From Phaeosaccion multiseriatum (taxonomy: Eukaryota; Protista; Ochrophyta, other classes), in NCBI GenBank assembly GCA_965112735.1, contig OZ218957.1, positions 186,001 through 250,000 of the forward strand: DNA of 64,000 nucleotides, written 5' to 3'. Position numbers and translations under genes: made by a program. Each line of letters opens with the position of its first letter. The first letter of the stretch is position 1. Positions 60,653-64,000 of the stretch are shown here, piece after piece. The notes beneath the pieces were generated by a model that saw only the letters and a program-made list of their open reading frames with translations, was not told the DNA's origin and ran no database searches.

Positions 60653-63600
60653 TCAGTACGGCGCGTGGTTGAAGCCCGGCACGAGGCCCTCCCTCCCCCC
60701 TCCTTCTCCTTCTGCAGCCCCCTCCACCCCCACCCCATCCACGACCCCTGCCCCTGCCCCATGCAATGCCCTACCCCCCCGGAGCGGCGCGTCCTCCACC
60801 TCCCTCACAATACCCCGCAACGGAGTCCCCTGCCCACACGGCCCCTGCCCACACGGCCCATCCCCAGGGGGGCCTATCCCGGGGGGGCAAGACAGCTGCT
60901 CCAGCCCAGGGGGGTAGGCCTCGCACAGCTGCGTGGACAGCATGACTGTCAACCCCTGGACCTCTGCCCCATCCCCGACCCCTTCGCTCTCTTCCTCGCC
61001 CGCCTCAGAGTCTGCCCCCCCAAAACTGCCCCTATTCACAGATGGCGGTGGCCAGCAGGACGGGTCATATATGCGCAGCTGCGTGCCCTGCGCCACTGAG
61101 AGGGCCCTCACGGTGTCCGCTCGGAACAGCGCCACCACGAACCGCCCCGCAATAGAGCCGCAGCCCGACAGACGAAGCTCCTCCTCCTCCTCCTCCTCCT
61201 CCTCCTCTTCCTCCTCCTCCTCCTCTTCCTTCTCCTTCTCCTTCTCCACCTCCTCCTCCTTCTCCTTCTCCACCTCCTCCTCCTTGCGCTGGATCACCAC
61301 CTGCTGCAGCTCCCGAGTAGAGGATCCATCTGCAATAGCCGTAGCATCACCCCCGCTGTTGCTCCTCCTCCTCCTCCTCCTACTGCTGCTGCTGCTGCTC
61401 TGTGCATGGGACACCTTGCCCTTGCCCTCGGGAGCGCCTTTTCCTCTCGCCCCTCTTGCCTCCCCCTCGAGGAGACCCACGGCATGCACGAAGCACAGAG
61501 CCGCGTGGAGGCCGGCCCCCCTCTCCCCTTTCAGCTCCGTCACCGTCACGTCCACGGAAACACAAAACTCCCCCCGGGGGTCCGCGTGGTCTCTCGTGGC
61601 CGTGGCGCTGCCCCTCCTGCCGCCCGATGTCCCGCCGGGGAGGGCCACGTGCCGACTTACACGAAAGGGGAACTGACCCGAGCGCAGCTTGACCTCTGCG
61701 GCCTCCACCTTCGCCCGCGTCTTTTGCACCATACTGTAGAGTCTGCCTCCCCCTCCCTTGCCGCTGCTCCGCCTCCTGTTGCCCCTACTGCCGCCGCTCC
61801 CTCCTCCTCCGCCTCCACCCTCTCTCCACGGATCGTCGTGAAAAGCCCCGCCCGCCAGCCCCGCCCCGGCCTCTCCCTTCACTCTCGACGTGCACGCGAA
61901 TGACGGTTTCCACACTGGAGCCTGCTGTGCGTCCCCCTCCCCCTCCCCTTGCCCCCCTCCCCTCCCACTCCCGAACCTATCGCTCCACTGCCCCCTCCCC
62001 CCCTCCTCCCCCCCCCCTCTGACATCAGCGTGGCCATTGCCCCCGCCGTTGGCATGGTCGTCTCTCTCGTCTCTCTCGTCTCTGTCGTCTCTGTCGTCGT
62101 CGTCGTCACTGACAATCATGTCCTCTTCCGGGGGAGGGCGCGGCAGTGCGCTCCGGCGACTAGGGTCACGCACTCGGCCCTGACCCTGACCCTGACCCTG
62201 AGTGGGCTTCATACGACGGATCCAGTCGGGTTGCAAGGAGGCATCGGTCCCTTTGCTGCCACTGTCCGAGCCAGTGGCAGCCTTGGCCTTGCGCATGGCG
62301 GGTGGAAGGAAGCTGTCGGCCAGAGAGACATTGGACGACCCCGGTGGTGCTCTTCTCTTGGCCGGGCTGCTCCTCCCCTTCCCTTTGCCCTTTGCTTTGC
62401 CCTTCGCCCCCCCTGGCCTTGTGCTGCTGTGGCTGCTGCTGCCACTGCTACTACCGCTCAAGCTCGCGAGACTCCTCTCCGCCAGCAGAACCCCTCCGCC
62501 CTGCCCCGCCGAAGCTCGGGGCCTCTTCCTCCCTGGGCCCGCTTGCCGCTGCCGCTGCCCCTCGCCGGTCTGCACCGCCGGGCCTTGGTCGCTCCGCTTG
62601 AGCCAGTGTTGCGGAAGCCCCCCCAGAAGCCCCTCTTTCTTGGTAAAGTTCTGCTTGCTCTTGTTGGGCCTTGCGCGCCCAACTTCTTGTCCCGACCGCT
62701 GAGAGGAGCTGCTCGCTGACTGAGAGGGAGAGCCTTGAGAGACAGGGACAGCCGACGCCGCCCCCCAGTCGCCCCCAGTCTCAGTGTCCTGGGCCTCCCC
62801 CTCCCCCAAGGAAGAAGACTGAGCCCCTGAGGAGATCCTTGGCGGAGTCCTTCCCCTTCCCGGTGCTGCTCTGTTTGCGCTCTTCTTGCCGCCCCCGGCA
62901 GCAGCAGAAGCAGCAGTTGGTGATACAGCAGCAGCAGCAGCAGCAGCAGCCTTCCTCTTCGACCCACCCGACACGGCTGATCTCCCGCCCCCCCCTGCAG
63001 CTCCAAAGGCGGGCACATGGGCCTTGGCGGACGCTGATGAGGCCGGCGGCTGCGGTGACTCAGGAGGAGGAGAGCGAGGAGGGGAAGGGGGTCGCCAAGG
63101 AGGGGCAAGGGGAGGAGAAGGAGGCCGCCTCTCCTCGGCACGGCCCTCTCTACGAGACAAGAGGCCCTCCCTGGGAGAGAGGAGGGTGGGGCGGGTGAGG
63201 CGGGAAGTCAAAAGAGAGGATATTTGGGGGGGGGTGGTCAGGGCAAGGGAGAAGGAGGACAGGAGGAGGAAGATACGGGGCAGGCAACACTCATCCCTTC
63301 CGCTGCCTTGCAGTGCCATCCAGCTACCCCTGTGTCTCCGCGCGCTCACCTGCCGCTGACCTGGCGAGGGTCGAAAGCTGCCCCCCCCTGGGCTCCGGCC
63401 GCCGTATCACCAACTACGGCCCCTCCCGCAGAGGCAGGCGCGTGCTTGGTGCTGGGAGGGGCCTCTGCTGGGCTGTTGTTGGCTGCTGCGAGGCTCTGCC
63501 TGCCCCTGGCTCTTCCCCTCCCCCTCCCCCTCGTGTTTGTCAGCGTCCAAGTCGGGGTCTTGGGTGCAGCGACCTCCACACTTGCCTAAAGAGAAAGACC

Positions 63601-64000
63601 AAGAAAGAGAGGGCACAAGGAGGGTTAGTAGGCAGGTGATGCTCACTCGCGTGTGCCCGAGGAAAGGCACCTAAAAAAGTATACACTTGCCTTATTCTTC
63701 CTGTCACGGCGTTGCTGTTGCTGCTGCTCATCCTGCCGCTCCTCCTGCTGCTGCTCCTCCGCGGCGGCGTAGAAGGGGTCATATTGGTCTACGCTCGCCG
63801 CAAAGTAAACGTCATCATCCCATCCCTCGTCGTACGTGTGCTGCTGCTGCTGCGGCTGCGGTGGCTGCGGCGCGTGGTGGTCATTGTCGTACGAGGTGCC
63901 GTACCCATTCTCCTCGTGGTGCTGGTAGTGCGGAGAGTGGTGGCGGCGCCGCTGCTCTCGATGCTCTCGCGGCCTGTGCCTCCCCTGGACCCTCCTGCTA
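60653..64000 (-). CDS. 3' part of a long disordered protein with a C-terminal SPIDR-like (OB-fold-type) domain; 5' end beyond window
   Basis: Exons 64000-63691, 63585-63350 and ~63171-60653 splice in frame. The C-terminus RLYSMVQK...VDVTVTEL...VALFRADTVRALSVAQGTQLRIYDP...VMLSTQLCE resembles, from memory, the SPIDR 'VLF....L......VRIxPPW...VILxxxFC' block. Confidence 0.55.

Noticed and set aside
1-64000. tRNA, rRNA and autonomous transposon genes
   Set aside because: No cloverleaf, rRNA-like, reverse transcriptase, integrase or transposase motifs were recognised by eye; small ncRNAs cannot be excluded without a covariance-model search.

Overview
Eukaryotic, GC-rich, intron-rich nuclear DNA, most likely from a plastid-bearing stramenopile (ochrophyte). 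The basis is a signal-peptide plus 'AG-F' bipartite presequence on a Rieske oxygenase, GT-AG introns and CTAAC-type branch points; the taxon is an inference. Most ORFs in the supplied track are artefacts of microsatellite-filled introns or antisense frames. After manual splicing I find about 13 genes plus 1 pseudogene. In order: a sulfotransferase 3' end; a head-to-head pair of spliced ankyrin-like paralogues; a PAO/TIC55-like Rieske oxygenase; an intronless F-box-like/ankyrin-like gene; a ~20 kb multi-C2/DysF/Sec6(MUN)-like gene; a second intronless F-box-like/ankyrin-like gene; a Sec14(CRAL-TRIO)-FYVE protein with a C-terminal hydrophobic tail; Rab escort protein; a decayed ankyrin-like copy; a JMJD8-like gene; a C2 + U-box ligase; a CML21/22-like EF-hand protein; and the 3' part of a SPIDR-like gene. 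Four signals stand out: (1) three short DNA motifs (about 16-19 nt) that recur many times in introns and in-frame in exons, with one read in different frames; (2) the five-member ankyrin-like family at different stages of birth and decay; (3) the unusual domain architectures of the giant C2 protein and the Sec14-FYVE protein; (4) a GC-AG intron flanked by a 10-bp direct repeat. Several frameshifts in poly-C/G runs look like assembly errors. All domain calls are from motif recognition by eye; no database search was run.
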